From positions 98,828,001-98,892,000 of the forward strand of contig OX597821.1 of the NCBI GenBank assembly GCA_951406725.2: DNA of 64,000 bases, given 5' to 3'. This document shows positions 1 to 11,984 of this stretch, piece after piece (positions within the stretch are counted from its first letter, which is position 1; the number at the start of each line of letters is the position of its first letter). The notes under the pieces are model-generated. The model was given only the letters and a program-made list of their open reading frames with translations, did no database searches and was not told the DNA's origin. The stretch is from Octopus vulgaris. Lineage: Eukaryota. The translations under genes were made by a program, and so were the position numbers.

Positions 1-479
1 AAAGAAAATGGAATTCATGAGACTTTATTATTATCTACCATCATTTCAACCCATCATGCACTAGTGCATTGTGGGTGGGATGTTGTACAAAGAGTTGTGC
101 TGTATCATAGATGCAGATGTGTCTCATAAGGTGACTTGTCAAGAGGTACCTTGCTTTTTAATCTCTGTTTTGCTTATTTGTATTAGAATACATTTTGGTA
201 GTTGTAGTTTGCTACTTGTCTATGTAAAGAACTGGGTTGTAACCCAGTTCTTTGTGTAGATGAGTAACGAACTACATTCACCAAAATGTATTCTAATGCA
301 ATAAGCGAAATGGAGGTTTAATAGGGAGGTGGCTTTTGACGAGTCTCCTGATGAGACACATATGTACCTATGATGCACCACAGCTATTTGTACAGCGTAT
401 AACCTTTGAGCTATCAGTGCACAATGGGTCAAAACAATCGTAGTGAATAATAAAGAGTCTTGTGAATTCCATTTTCTTT
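1..479. repeat. Long imperfect palindrome (fold-back), about 238-bp arms, centre 239-240; may extend past the window start
   Basis: AAAGAACTGGGTT-GT-AACCCAGTTCTTT at the centre; pairing traced by hand out to AAAGAAAATGG (1-11) / CCATTTTCTTT (469-479). Confidence 0.92.
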
Positions 480-644
480 CACACATATTTAATAAACTCT
501 ACAGACATGAAGGAATTTCTGAAGTAAATCCAGTGGTATTTACACCCATACTGTTGATGACATCAGCTAGCTGAATACAGCGTTTTGGCCTTAAATGGTG
601 TACTACAAGATGTATATCTAAATTCAAAATAAATACTTATATAC

Positions 645-1050
645 ATAAACATTAATGATGTCACATGCATGTGTTTTGCTTAAACACTTTGCAGCTGTGA
701 TATTTCATGCAGGGAATGTTCCTTTAAGATATCATGTGTTAAAAAATACTGTATATCTCCAAATCAGGGTGAAACAAATTGCTCTGTAGGTGAATGAGAA
801 TTGTGTATATCAATATTTTGCTGTCATTTCAGGTCATTGGCACAATATACTTGAGTCACCCTCAAAACAAATTGCAATCACTGGTCTGGATAGTGTAAAA
901 TTTATCTGTTGATGTGCAACATGGTTTTGAGGAATTCAGTATTTTTTAACACATGATATCTTAAAGGGACTTTCCCCGAATGAAATACTGCAGCTAATAA
1001 GCATTTAAGCTAAACACATACATTAAGTTTGTGACAGCAATAATGTTTAC
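645..1050. mobile_element. MITE/fold-back element with about 110-bp terminal inverted repeats
   Basis: CCTTTAAGATATCATGTGTTAAAAAATACTG pairs with CAGTATTTTTTAACACATGATATCTTAAAGG; related copy at about 8495-8757. Confidence 0.75.
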
Positions 1051-1147
1051 ATTATTAGAGCTGCTTCTTTTGTAGAAAGGATTATTATAGCTTCTTCTAA
1101 CTCAAAATTTTATACACACTCAAACAAAATATATAGAAAACATATAT

Positions 1148-1480
1148 CCAATTCTATGTTCATGACTTTTGTTTCACATATTTTCAAAAGAAAAAGTGAC
1201 CACTGAAATACTTAGCCATTTACTTTCAACTAAATATTAATTATAATTATTCATATATCATCATATCATTTAATGCCAGTTTTCCATGCTAGTGTGGGTT
1301 GAACATTTTGAAGGTCAAACTGTCCAACCCATGTCAGCATGGAAAATGGATGTTAAACAATGATGATGATGTATGAATAATTATAATTAACATTTAATTA
1401 AAAGTAAGTGGCTAAGTATTTTGGTTTGACATTTTTTCTTTTAAAAATATGTGAAATGAAAGTCAGTAACATAGAATTGA
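1148..1480. repeat. Inverted duplication of unique DNA plus RTE 3' tail, head-to-head
   Basis: CAATTCTATGTT...TTCACATATTTT...TACTTAGCCA mirrored by TGGCTAAGTA...AAAATATGTGAA...AACATAGAATTG; the centre is two inverted copies of the CCATGCTAG...GGGTTG tail. Confidence 0.85.
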
Positions 1481-1562
1481 ATGTGGGTTCAAACAATGGA
1501 TATATTTATATTGACTAATGTAAATGTTTAGATATTTGAGGGATGACTGTGATGATCATTTG

Positions 1563-1880
1563 TACATAGCTGTGTGGTTAAGGTGCTTGCTTCCTCTGAC
1601 CAAGGTAGATTTAGTTGATGGAAACTGAAAAATACCCATCATATATGTGTGCATGTGTCTGTGTAGCTTTTTCTTAACATCACACAATGGCTGTAAATGA
1701 GAATCATCCACATTCTGCTGTGGTTGTTCAGTTCCAGTCATTTGTGAAATTCATATCTGGTCATGCATGGAAACAGGTAAAGGTTGGCAACAGGAAGGAC
1801 ATCCTGCTGATGGAAAATCTACCTTAGCAAATTCTGTCTAATTCATGCAAAAATAGAAAAGTGGATGTTAAATGATGATA
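1563..1880 (+). mobile_element. Degraded tRNA-headed SINE ending in an RTE-type tail
   Basis: GCTGTGTGGTTAAG head; TGGCAACAGGAAGGACATCC and GGATGTTAAATGATGAT tail as in other RTE-tail copies. Confidence 0.55.
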
Positions 1881-2019
1881 ACATTCACAATGAAAACAAA
1901 AGGAAATCCTTGAATATAAAAAAAACATCATTGTTTTGTTAAAACTTTAGTTAGCATTCATAGTCAGTTTTTGTGTCAGATTTTCAGCAGATGGGGAGAA
2001 TTTATTTCCAGAAATATTT

Positions 2020-3600
2020 TGAGAATTGTCTATTTACAGTATTATTTTTACATTTCTTCATAAATTTACTTTTAACAAGTATATGAAATTTTCAAATCTG
2101 TGGTAACTTTTTATTTCACTTATTAATTGGATCTTGTGATACAAAAATGTAATTGTCTTTTTCTGTGTGGTCAAAAGCCTCTTCAAATTACTAAAGCATT
2201 ATGTTGTTGGAGGGATTTTTGTCTCCTGATCACTGTATTCTAAACCATTTTCCCATTTTGAGCAACTCTTCATTACTTTATCATTGTGCACATGAAGTAA
2301 ATGTGCTAACTTGAGATTGGCCAGTAATCTGGACAATTTTTTCACTTTCATTTTTTATACCTTCAAGTTTTGCAAATCCTTTAAAATTAATAATTGAAGC
2401 AAGGTTTTTTGCCAAATAACACTCTTAGCCTTCTTTGAAATTCTGTTACAAGCTGGTGAATTTGCTAGCTCTTTAAGAGTAGGTCCTCCTTCCTTATCTG
2501 TTGCTTTAGTAAGACTTTCAATGAGTCTTGCATATAATATGCCTTAAAAGTTGAATTCATCCCCTGGTGTATTGGCTGAAGAAGTGAAGTTGTATTTCAA
2601 CATTGTAGCAGTGGCAGTGGCCAAATTGGTATTGTTGTTATTAATGTCCACTTTCCTTTGCTTGCATGAATCAAAAGACATTTGTTGAGGCAGATTTTCC
2701 AAGAGCAGATGCTCTTCTAGTCTCCAACCTTCACCTGTTTCCAAGCAAGGTAATTGTCCCTCTTGTCCTTTGAATGCAAACAACACAATGTTCTTATAGA
2801 ATGAAGCAAACTAACAAATTAATGTGTGATGTCAGAGCAAGGACGCACACACACATATGCATACAGGCAATGGACTTCTTTTAGTTTCTGTGTATCAAAT
2901 CTACTCACAAGGCTTTTGAGCTTTTCGCAGTTAAAAAAAAAAGATTTTAGCATTTGGCTATGGTTTTACATGGATGCTAGGACCCATATGGATTAAAAGC
3001 ATGTGGAAAAAAATAGCTTGCTTTCACAATATTCTTTTACCTCAGGGATGAATGGAATGAAAAAAAACAGTCTTCAAAAACTAAAGTTGCAATCTAAGAT
3101 TTTTTATTGGGTTTGTATGTGATTAAGAGATTAAATATTCTTAAATCTTTAGATTTTCTGAAATATAAACAAATATTGGTTTAAAATTGCAGTCACCCCC
3201 AAGTGTTAAAATTAAGATTTCTTCTGAAATTTTAAATCTAGACATTGACAATTCTTCTCTCACCTTGCAGCTCCTTTATAACATATTTTCCTCCAAAAAA
3301 TTCTGTTTCATACATGTTGAAGATTTGAGAGTGACAAGTAATAATTCTACTCAATAATTTCCTTAAAATTTTGAAAAGATGCTGCTAAGGTCATCTGTTC
3401 CTGCTTTTTCATTTTATAATTTTATATTATTCCAACTGCTCATTTGAACCATCCACAACTAACAGCAAACATTTTGCAGTCTTCTCTTTACCATTGCAAA
3501 AGTGGGCTAGGTTTTGTACAAATGGTAATATAGGTGGAAGTTACATGGAATTTTGATGGATCATGCTAGTCTATGAGATTGCATTGTGTGCATTCTTAAC
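2020..3600 (-). mobile_element. Fossil Tigger/pogo (Tc1-mariner) DDE transposase, frameshifted and interrupted at about 2610-2930
   Basis: Minus-strand peptides FAVSCGWF, QIFNMYET, LTLGGDCNFKPIFVYISEN, NTTSLLQPIHQGMNSTFKAYY and EEAFDH..QDP match Tigger motifs (FxASxGWF, QIFNxDET, NTTSLLQPxDQG) in the correct order. Confidence 0.8.
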
Positions 3601-3999
3601 TCCAGTCAAATATCTTCTTTAAAAATTTTACACCCAGATACATTTCTATGTATACACACACACACATATTTCATGTTTTGCTTATAAGCAATGCACAATA
3701 CCAGAATTTTCAACTCAAGTCAGATATAACAAACTACTCCAAATCCTGGTTAGAGTAGCTACATAAATGGAATCAGGACAGGCTAGTTTATACCTGCATC
3801 AAATTGCATGAGTTGCAATAAGGAAGTCAAACCAAATCATGATATTTTGAAAATATCATTATTTGGTTTGACTTCATTATAATAATACATACACACACAC
3901 ATGCATGCATGCATACATACATACATACATACATACATACATACATACATACATACAATAGAAACAGGTTTCAAAGAAAATAGACTACATGTGGTATAA

Positions 4000-4228
4000 A
4001 TAGAGGAAAAGTAAAAAGAAACAAACAAAATGCACACTAGGTATAAAAGTAATGTTTTTTTTTATAAAACAAAGATATATACATATTAGACTCATAATAA
4101 TGATTTTTATGCTTCTTAATTCCACCTCAAATCTTTTATTTGTATGTATATATATTTGTTTTATAAAAAAAGCCATTACTTTTATACCTAGTGTGCATTT
4201 TCCTTGTGTCTTTTTACTTTTCCCCTAT
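4000..4228. mobile_element. AT-rich MITE-like inverted repeat, about 85-bp arms
   Basis: AAAATGCACACTAGGTATAAAAGTAATG vs CATTACTTTTATACCTAGTGTGCATTTT. Confidence 0.7.
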
Positions 4229-4251
4229 ATATATATATATATATATATTTT

Positions 4252-4312
4252 ATTTATATATAGAGGGCATTATACATACATGTATTATGTATAATGCCCT
4301 CTATATATAAAT
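4252..4312. repeat. Perfect 27-bp inverted repeat with 7-nt spacer
   Basis: ATTTATATATAGAGGGCATTATACATA / TATGTATAATGCCCTCTATATATAAAT. Confidence 0.9.
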
Positions 4313-4428
4313 TAATATGTTCAATAAGAAATAATTATTTTCGAAATTTTTTCTCTTATGAGGTTTTTACGCTATCTACCTGACAATTTCTTGTTAAGTT
4401 TTCCTTATTAAGTAGTTGTCCTTAATTG

Positions 4429-4469
<41 letters not shown>

Positions 4470-4899
4470 TTTACATATACCTCATAACCACTAGTTTTAT
4501 TGCTTTCCTGCTCCAACCAATCACTCTTACCCTTTATTTTAAAATGTGAGTAGCCAGAAAACTCTTGTGAGTTGTAAGAAACTTGTTCTGCTTTGGCCCT
4601 TTCCCCCTTGTACCTAACCTCTTTTTACTCATTTCCCAGTGTAAAGTTACTACTACCCCTTCGGGTTTCATAGTCTTGCAAGCTGCATGGTCACCTCAGT
4701 AGTGTTGGTGGCACAAAAAAAAAGCACCCAGTACATGTGGTAAAGTGGTTGGTGTTAAGATGGGCATTTGGTCATAGAAACAATGTCAAAGCTGACACTG
4801 GAGCACAATACAGTCCTTGGGCCTATTAAACTCTCTTAAACCATCCAATCCATACTTGCATGGAGTATGGATGTTAAATGATGAAGAGGAGGATATATA

Positions 4900-5450
4900 T
4901 GATGGAGCCCAGGTGAGTGAAAATTATAGGGCTATATCTTTTCGATATATTGAGAAAAATCTTCCTGAAATGGACTGTGATTTCTAACTTGATAATGGCC
5001 TGAATCCTATTAAGAAATTGCAACGGTCATAAGGTACATAAATTTAGAAAAAAATTGATTCAAGTATTTAAAGAAATAGGGCGATACGAATAGGGTTTAG
5101 ATACTAATGTTATTGCTGTTAATTTTCTTGGTGCAATATTTAAACTAGATAAAGTCAGTTTCAGACCATACCACTAACCAAATGAGTAATTAGAGTATAT
5201 ACATAGACAATTGACTCATCCAGTTTGGGAATTTGGTTGACAATGTTAGTAAGCAGGTAACCTTGATATCTTCTGATGCTAGGTATTATAATGAGGCACT
5301 AAAAAATAGTGGGTTTTCCAATAAGTTTAGATACATAAAAAAACTTAGAATACATAGCATAAGAATGGGAATAATAAAAGGAAAATATTATGGTAAAACC
5401 CAGTATTTAACCTAGCAGTAAGAACAAATATAGCTAGGCAGATTTTCTAT
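4900..5450 (+). mobile_element. Fossil Penelope-like element reverse transcriptase
   Basis: Broken peptides DGAQVSE, IGLYL, RKKLIQVFK, TN..VNFL, FRPY.*PN..YIH..THP and YNEALKNSGF match PLE RT (DGAEVCELVGLY...VNFLD...PY.KPN...YIH..SNHP). Confidence 0.72.
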
Positions 5451-5600
5451 GGTTGGATGTCTTTCCTATCATCAACCCTCATCTATTTTCAAGCAAGGTA
5501 ATATTTCCCCATAGTCAGACATGTGGTTTTAATGGCACACTGGAAATGACAAACATTGCTTGTATTCAAGACAAGGGTACACACAAACGCTTACATATTC

Positions 5601-5950
5601 ATACTCTTTTACTTGTTTCAGTCATTTGACTGTGGCCATGCCGGAGCACCGCCTTTTAGTCGAGCAAATCGACCCCAGGACTTATTCTTTGTAAGCCTAG
5701 TACTTATTCTATCGGTCTCTTTTGCCGAACTGCTAAGTGACGGGGATGTAAACATACCAGCATCGGTTGTCAAGCGATGTTGGGGGGACAAACACAGACA
5801 CACAAACACGCACACACATATACATATATATATATACGACAGGCTTCTTTCAGTTTCCGTCTACCAAATTCACTCACAAGGCTTTGATCGGCCCGAGGCT
5901 ATAGTAGAAGACACTTGCCCAAGGTGCCACGCAGTGGGACTGAACCCAGA
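5601..5950 (-). mobile_element. tRNA-derived SINE family A (GAGTAAAA tail)
   Basis: Near-identical to copies at 33216, 33815, 46019, 49299 and 61795; head truncated. Confidence 0.9.
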
Positions 5951-6044
5951 ACTGGTAGTATATTGGATAAATGATATCCCATAGCGGGTTACACTCATAA
6001 CCCCTATCTCACTATGTACTTATATATATATATATATATATATA

Positions 6045-6282
6045 CGTTTATATATTTGTTTTGCAAGATTTTTGATGAGAAATCGTGTGTTGGAACAGAT
6101 ATTGTTGTATTTCGGAATGGTCATTTTGCCAGTTTAGCCAATAAAAACACACACACTATATATTTGGTGTTACTTTGCTTCAGCGTTATTTATTTTTTAC
6201 ATTAATCTTAGTCTTATTTTGGCCAGAGTTTTTTCATTACACTTCTGTGACCTCATCAGTGGTCCTTTGCTTTCTTCTTTCT

Positions 6283-6285
<3 letters not shown>
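6045..6285 (-). mobile_element. Penelope pLTR-like fragment in (TA)n with a degenerate hammerhead motif (6223-6262)
   Basis: Minus strand CCA-CTGATGA-g-GTCAC..GTAAT-GAAA-aaac-TC-TGG; flanked by (TA)n. Confidence 0.45.
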
Positions 6286-6328
<43 letters not shown>

Positions 6329-6459
6329 TAAAATATTGAAACAGTGAATATTTCAAAAGAAAAGCAAGCTCAGCTTCCCAGCTAATGATTGAAAATGAGT
6401 AGCCCTGAGTACTGGTAACTGGAGCCTTTCAGTTACACATATATATACATACATGTATA

Positions 6460-7240
6460 TCATCATCATCTTTATTTAGTGTCTGCTTTCCATGCTGGCA
6501 TGGGTTAGTTTGACTGAAACTGGTAAGCTGGAGAGCTGTACCAGGTTCCAGTCTCATTTGGCATGGTTTCTACAGCCAGATGCCCTTCCTAATGCCAACC
6601 ACTCCAAGAGTGAAATGGGTGCTTTTTATGTGTCACCAGCATGGGTGCCATTTACAAGACACCGGCCCAACATTCAAAGATCGTGTTTCATCACCTCATC
6701 CCATGTCTTCCTGGGTCTACCTCTTCCACAGATTCCCTCTACAGTTAGAAATCAGTATTTCTTTACACAGCTGTCCTCATCCATATGCTTCAAGTGACCA
6801 TACCAGTGCAGTTGTCTCTCTTGCACACCACATCTGATGTCTCTTATGCCCATTTCTTCTCTCAAGACATTTACACTCTATTGTACATGCACATTGAAAT
6901 TGCACATTTAGTGAAATATGCTAATTAATTTCTTTCGAGCCTTTGCATTTCTTCTGTGGTCACAGCCCACATTTCATTGCTATGTAGAATGGCTATTTGC
7001 ACACAGGCATCATACAGTCTACTTTTCATACTAAGGGAGAAGCCCTTTATTAATAACAAAGGTAGATCTCTGAACTTTGCTCAACCTATTCTTATTCTCA
7101 CAGCTAACTTGGTCACCTAGATAATGGAAGCTATCAACTACTTCTAGGTGACCCTCCTGGCATTTGATGGGGTCTCTTTTCTGTATATTTCTAGTGTTTA
7201 TTGTACCTGTACATTTGCTACACACAAAGACTATATTCCT
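6460..7240 (-). mobile_element. RTE (BovB-like) LINE 3' fragment with 3' UTR
   Basis: LEVVDSFHYLGDQVS and RGRPRKTWDE peptides followed by the (GAT)n-tailed UTR. Confidence 0.85.
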
Positions 7241-7587
7241 TACACATACATACATGTATAGATACATATACATGCAAACTACATATATGCTTATATACAT
7301 ACACAGTCATGTATTTTATTAGGGATTCTCCCATCGTCAGATTTTAGATGAGGCTCTTGCAATTTCTTGCTGTACACAGATGATTCCTTTATTGTGATCA
7401 ACGTTTTGAGTTTGCATTCTGTCAAAATTGACATTGCCTGCATATATATATATATATCATCATCATCATCATCATCATCGTTTAGCGTCCGTTTTCCATG
7501 CTAGCATGGGTTGGATGGTTATATATATGTATATATATATATATATATATATGTATATGTATATATATATGTATATATATGTATGTG

Positions 7588-7620
<33 letters not shown>

Positions 7621-7625
7621 GTATG

Positions 7626-7670
<45 letters not shown>

Positions 7671-8137
7671 ATGTATATGTATGTATGTATGTATGAGGGA
7701 GCAGCCATAATAATAATAATAATATATCACTGTGGACACCATGTAGGCAGTCATAAAAAAGTTTTTGTTCGTCTTGAGGCTGATAGAGGTTCCTTGTCTT
7801 TCCTGATGAGAAGACGGCATAATGCACCCTTTATTCCTTCGGAATTAAGAGTATGCAGTCTTCAAAACATGTGTTGAGAGTAAAGGAATTTTGTTAAAAT
7901 CTTCGTTCGACTCCATTCTTTCATTTATTCATATAGAAAAAACACACAAATTACCACACAAGAACATAGGGTTTCTGCCCTTGACATGTAGCTTCAACCG
8001 TGTTTTCTGACGTGAATTTGCTACCCAGGTATTGATTAACCGAATTATCAATACTAGGATAATTCATTCACCTACTTAAATATGTATGTGTATATATATG
8101 TATGTATGTATATATATGTATATGTATGTATATATAT

Positions 8138-8354
8138 TGCATTCAAAATGTGACCGCGTGTGTACCGTTGGCGATTTTTTTTCCTCTGTCTTCCCTTCTC
8201 TGGATCTTTCCTTCTCCTATGTTTCCGACGAAGAGCTCCGCTCGAAACGTTAAACCCTCCTTCTTTCCTTCTTTCCTGAGTGTCCAATAATACTATATTT
8301 GTTCCACGTCCTCACGTTGTTGTGTTTTTTTGTGCTTTCATGTTTGGATTAACT
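8138..8354 (+). mobile_element. Penelope pLTR-like element with minimal hammerhead motif (8221-8255)
   Basis: GTTT-CCGACGA-A-GAGC tcc GCTC-GAAAC-GTT-AAAC; second copy at 28901-29112 (minus); inserted in TA-rich microsatellite. Confidence 0.65.
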
Positions 8355-8494
8355 ATATATATATATGTATATGTATACTTATATATATGTAATATGTATA
8401 TATATTTATATATATGTGTGTGTGTGTGTGTTTGTGTGTATGTATGTATACTTATATTAAATTTTGAATTAGAAGCAGCTCTACTAATGTTAAT

Positions 8495-8757
8495 ATTATC
8501 AATATCACATAGTTGATGTTTTTGTTTGTTTAAACACCTATTAGCTGTGATATTTCATCCAGCGAAAGTCCCTTTAAGATATCAAGTGTTATGAAGTAAT
8601 GTATACCTCAAAATGTTTTGTTTCGCCTGGTTTTGGATATTCAGTGTTTTTTATGCTCAATGTCTTAAAGGGACTTTTCCTTGATGAAATTCTGCTGCTA
8701 ATAAGCATTTAAACACAATGCATACATTAAGTATGTGACATCAATAATGTTTGCATA
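8495..8757. mobile_element. Second, internally deleted copy of the 645-1050 MITE
   Basis: AGCTGTGATATTTCAT...CCTTTAAGATATCA and TCTTAAAGGGACTTT...GCTAATAAGCATTTAA shared with the first copy. Confidence 0.75.
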
Positions 8758-8836
8758 TATACAGTCATACCTACATACATATATGTGTATGTATGTGTAT
8801 ATACTATATATATATATATATATGTGTGTATGTATA

Positions 8837-8872
<36 letters not shown>

Positions 8873-9864
8873 TGAATGTATGTATAGGTAAATAGATAGA
8901 TAGAATGATAGATAGATAGATGGATAGATACTTACCAGATGTACAAGGTTTGAATTTTGGTTGCATACAACAAAGATGTTCTTTACTGTGTTCAGCCAAA
9001 ATTTAAAAGACGATCATATGGGAAACTTGCAGTCATCTGTATTTGATTTGTTTGTATGATTCTCATTAAATCATACACACACACACACACACATATGTAT
9101 ATCATCCTGTGAATGTTATCACCACATTTTTTTCTCTAATACATTGACCCTAAAGTATCTCACCTATTTGTTTCATTTTTCCAAACTATGTCATCTTCAT
9201 GATGATAAATATTGTAAATCCAATGCTTCTGTTATTTCTTTTAGCTTTACAAATCCCCAAAGTCTCTGTCTTTTAGAGTTCTATATTCTAATGCAATCCT
9301 TTTATATTTTATTTTTTGTATGATATGTGAAGTCATTGATGAAACATTATTCTATTTTTTAATATCGAAAAGAAAGTGATACATAAATTCATGGAAATGA
9401 TCTTTCATTCCTATACTTATTCTGAATCTCTTGCTTGGCCTTATTCCCAGATATATATGAATAAAAGTGTGTAAATTGGATTTGTTTTTTTATACATGCT
9501 ATGTACAAAATCAGTTATCATTGTAGTATGAAGAATTTTTGATCTCCTTTCCCAAGTTATGTTGAAACAAATGTTTATAATGTAAAATTATTTTCCATCT
9601 TCATATACTGTGAATTCTGTTCAATCTAGTTAAAATCATTTTGCTTGTTATTGCTAATCATTTGATTTATGTGATTTACAATCTGACTCAACTTAGTTTC
9701 ATTTTTATATGCATTCACATATGCCTGCTCACACACAAATATGCAATTTTCTATGGATATGTTTTATGCATGTATCCATTCATACATACATGCACATGTA
9801 TATGAAGATGTGTGTTTGTGTATGTATGTAATATGTATGTATGTACACATACACACATCTTTTA

Positions 9865-10269
9865 TCTTTCATTTGTTATCTTTCATTTGTTTCAGTCACT
9901 TTACTGTGGCCATGCTGATGCACCACCTTGCAATGTTTTAACCAAACAAACCAACCCCACAGTACTTACTTTTTAAGTCTGGTACTTATTCTTTTGGTCT
10001 ATTTTGCCAAACTGATAAGTTACTGGGATGTAAACAAACCAATACCAGTTGTTAAGTAGTGAGTGAGGGACAAGAACAGACACACATGCATTTGCGCATG
10101 CACATACACACACACACAAAACAGTCTTTCGCACAGTTTCTATCTACCAAATTCAATCACGGGGCATTGGTTGATCCAGGGCTATGGTAAAAGACGCTTG
10201 CCCAAGGTGCTGCGCAGTAAGATTTTACCTGAAACTAATTGGTTGCAAGGTGAGCTTTATATTCAATCA

Positions 10270-10272
<3 letters not shown>
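9865..10272 (-). mobile_element. Diverged SINE family A
   Basis: TGTTTCAGTCA...GGCCATGCTG...TGCCCAAGGTGC collinear with family A. Confidence 0.75.
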
Positions 10273-10322
<50 letters not shown>

Positions 10323-11984
10323 GAATATGAACTTACATCCACAAACATGCAAATTCATATTCATAGAAAAAATGAAAAATTTTAACTGTACGATAGTACA
10401 GTGTATGTATATTTGAGTGTGTGAATATTATTTTGATGAATAAAGTAATTGGCAATAAATACACAAACAATCAGTTGAACACTGTTCATTTCATTGCTGT
10501 ATTATACCTGTTTACTTGTATATTTGCTTGATATGAAAACTAGATTGAAATTTTATTTGATAATAAACATTTTATTTACTATTATTTTTGCTATTAAAAT
10601 AATTTTCCAAACAAAACTGTTTTTTGTTAAATTAATCTTTTTTTGTCTTTTTTTTACTATTTAAAAAGTGTCAAGAATATGTATGATGATGAGTTGTTTG
10701 GATTAAGAGTTAATCTCACAGAGGACTGAGATAGCTGTGCTGTTGAAATTATTTCACATCACTAATGATGTTAATTCTTTTGATATGAATGTTATAAGAT
10801 ATCATTTCATATTACCCTAAATTAAGAAACTTATTCAAATATAAACAGTTTTATGGTTGGAATGATATTAACATTACAAATAGGTTTCTTTTTTATTCAG
10901 ATTCAGAAAGAATTGTGTTTATATATGATATATTTACTACGGAAGATCACTGGTAAATTTTGACAAATCCTGGTGTCTCTATAGAAGTGAAAATCCAAAG
11001 TGGATTCTCATAGCATTCTTTACTCTGTAGGAGAAACTGAACTCACCATTTCAAGTTTATAAAATGCCATTCTACAATGATATTGCTATTTTCACTGATA
11101 ATCTGTGCCTCTTTGTGGCACAGATTCCAGTGAAGTTGACTGGACCATGTCATGGTGACAAATTTCAAGACAACTGGTGACTCAAAAGATGTTGAAAGTG
11201 TTTCTGGTAGGCAAAGGATTAAAAGTTACAGTGGACTCTAGGGTAATGGAAAATGAAATTAATATTTCTTCTCATCATAACTGAAGACTTTTGCCAGAAA
11301 TATTGTCTTAAAGATATGAGCAATTGTATTAATGGTTGAATTTGTAATTGTTCAAAGTAGATTTTACATCATAATTTTAAACATTTTGAAAGATTTGAAA
11401 AAGTTCCCAATTTTCTGGAATTCTTTGAGCAACAATTAACAGTTTTTCATGTACAACTTCTCTGTATCATGATAGTTGTCATCATTCATTATGTTGTTTC
11501 TAATTATTCTACTCTTTGAGAGAATTTTCCAACTGTCCAGCAAGCAAAATATACTACAAAAATACCAAGGAATGATCTTTAGGTCTATTTATGAATGTCA
11601 CCCCTTGAGGCGGAATTTATTTGCATCAGTCACTGCTCTGCAGAAACTTAGGACAAGTGTCAAGAGCACTATTTTAGGGAACCTAAAGAAAATAGGACAT
11701 ATGTCAAGAGCAGTATATTGATGAGTCTAAAAATTTATTAATTATAGCAGGCTTTGCACATTTATACTGCATCCAGAGCTGGCCTTAGGAGGTGCGGGGC
11801 CCAATTTTTTCCCCAGCCAACATACACCTTGGAAATTCCCTCCCCTGCCCACCTTGGAGTTATGTTTTTTCCCTTGTTTTGTTTTCAGGTGCTATCAACT
11901 ATTCTTGCCTCCAAATATACTGCAGAGGACTTTTTTCCCCTTTGCAGCATCATTATAATAGTGGCTGTTTTGTATGTTTATAAA

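Noticed and set aside
343-357. CTGATGA inside a small hairpin
   Set aside because: No downstream GAAA or stems, so not a hammerhead.
7428-7877. ORFs rich in YI/IY/CV repeats (also 23470-23895, 25096-25353, 35397-35860)
   Set aside because: Translations of (TA)n, (TG)n and (TAA)n microsatellites.
8930-9040. Minus-strand GTAAGT donor with an upstream CAG acceptor
   Set aside because: Stops in all three frames for the longer exon and no recognisable peptide.
10900-11720. Moderately complex unique DNA that might be coding
   Set aside because: No sustained frame or recognisable motif on either strand.
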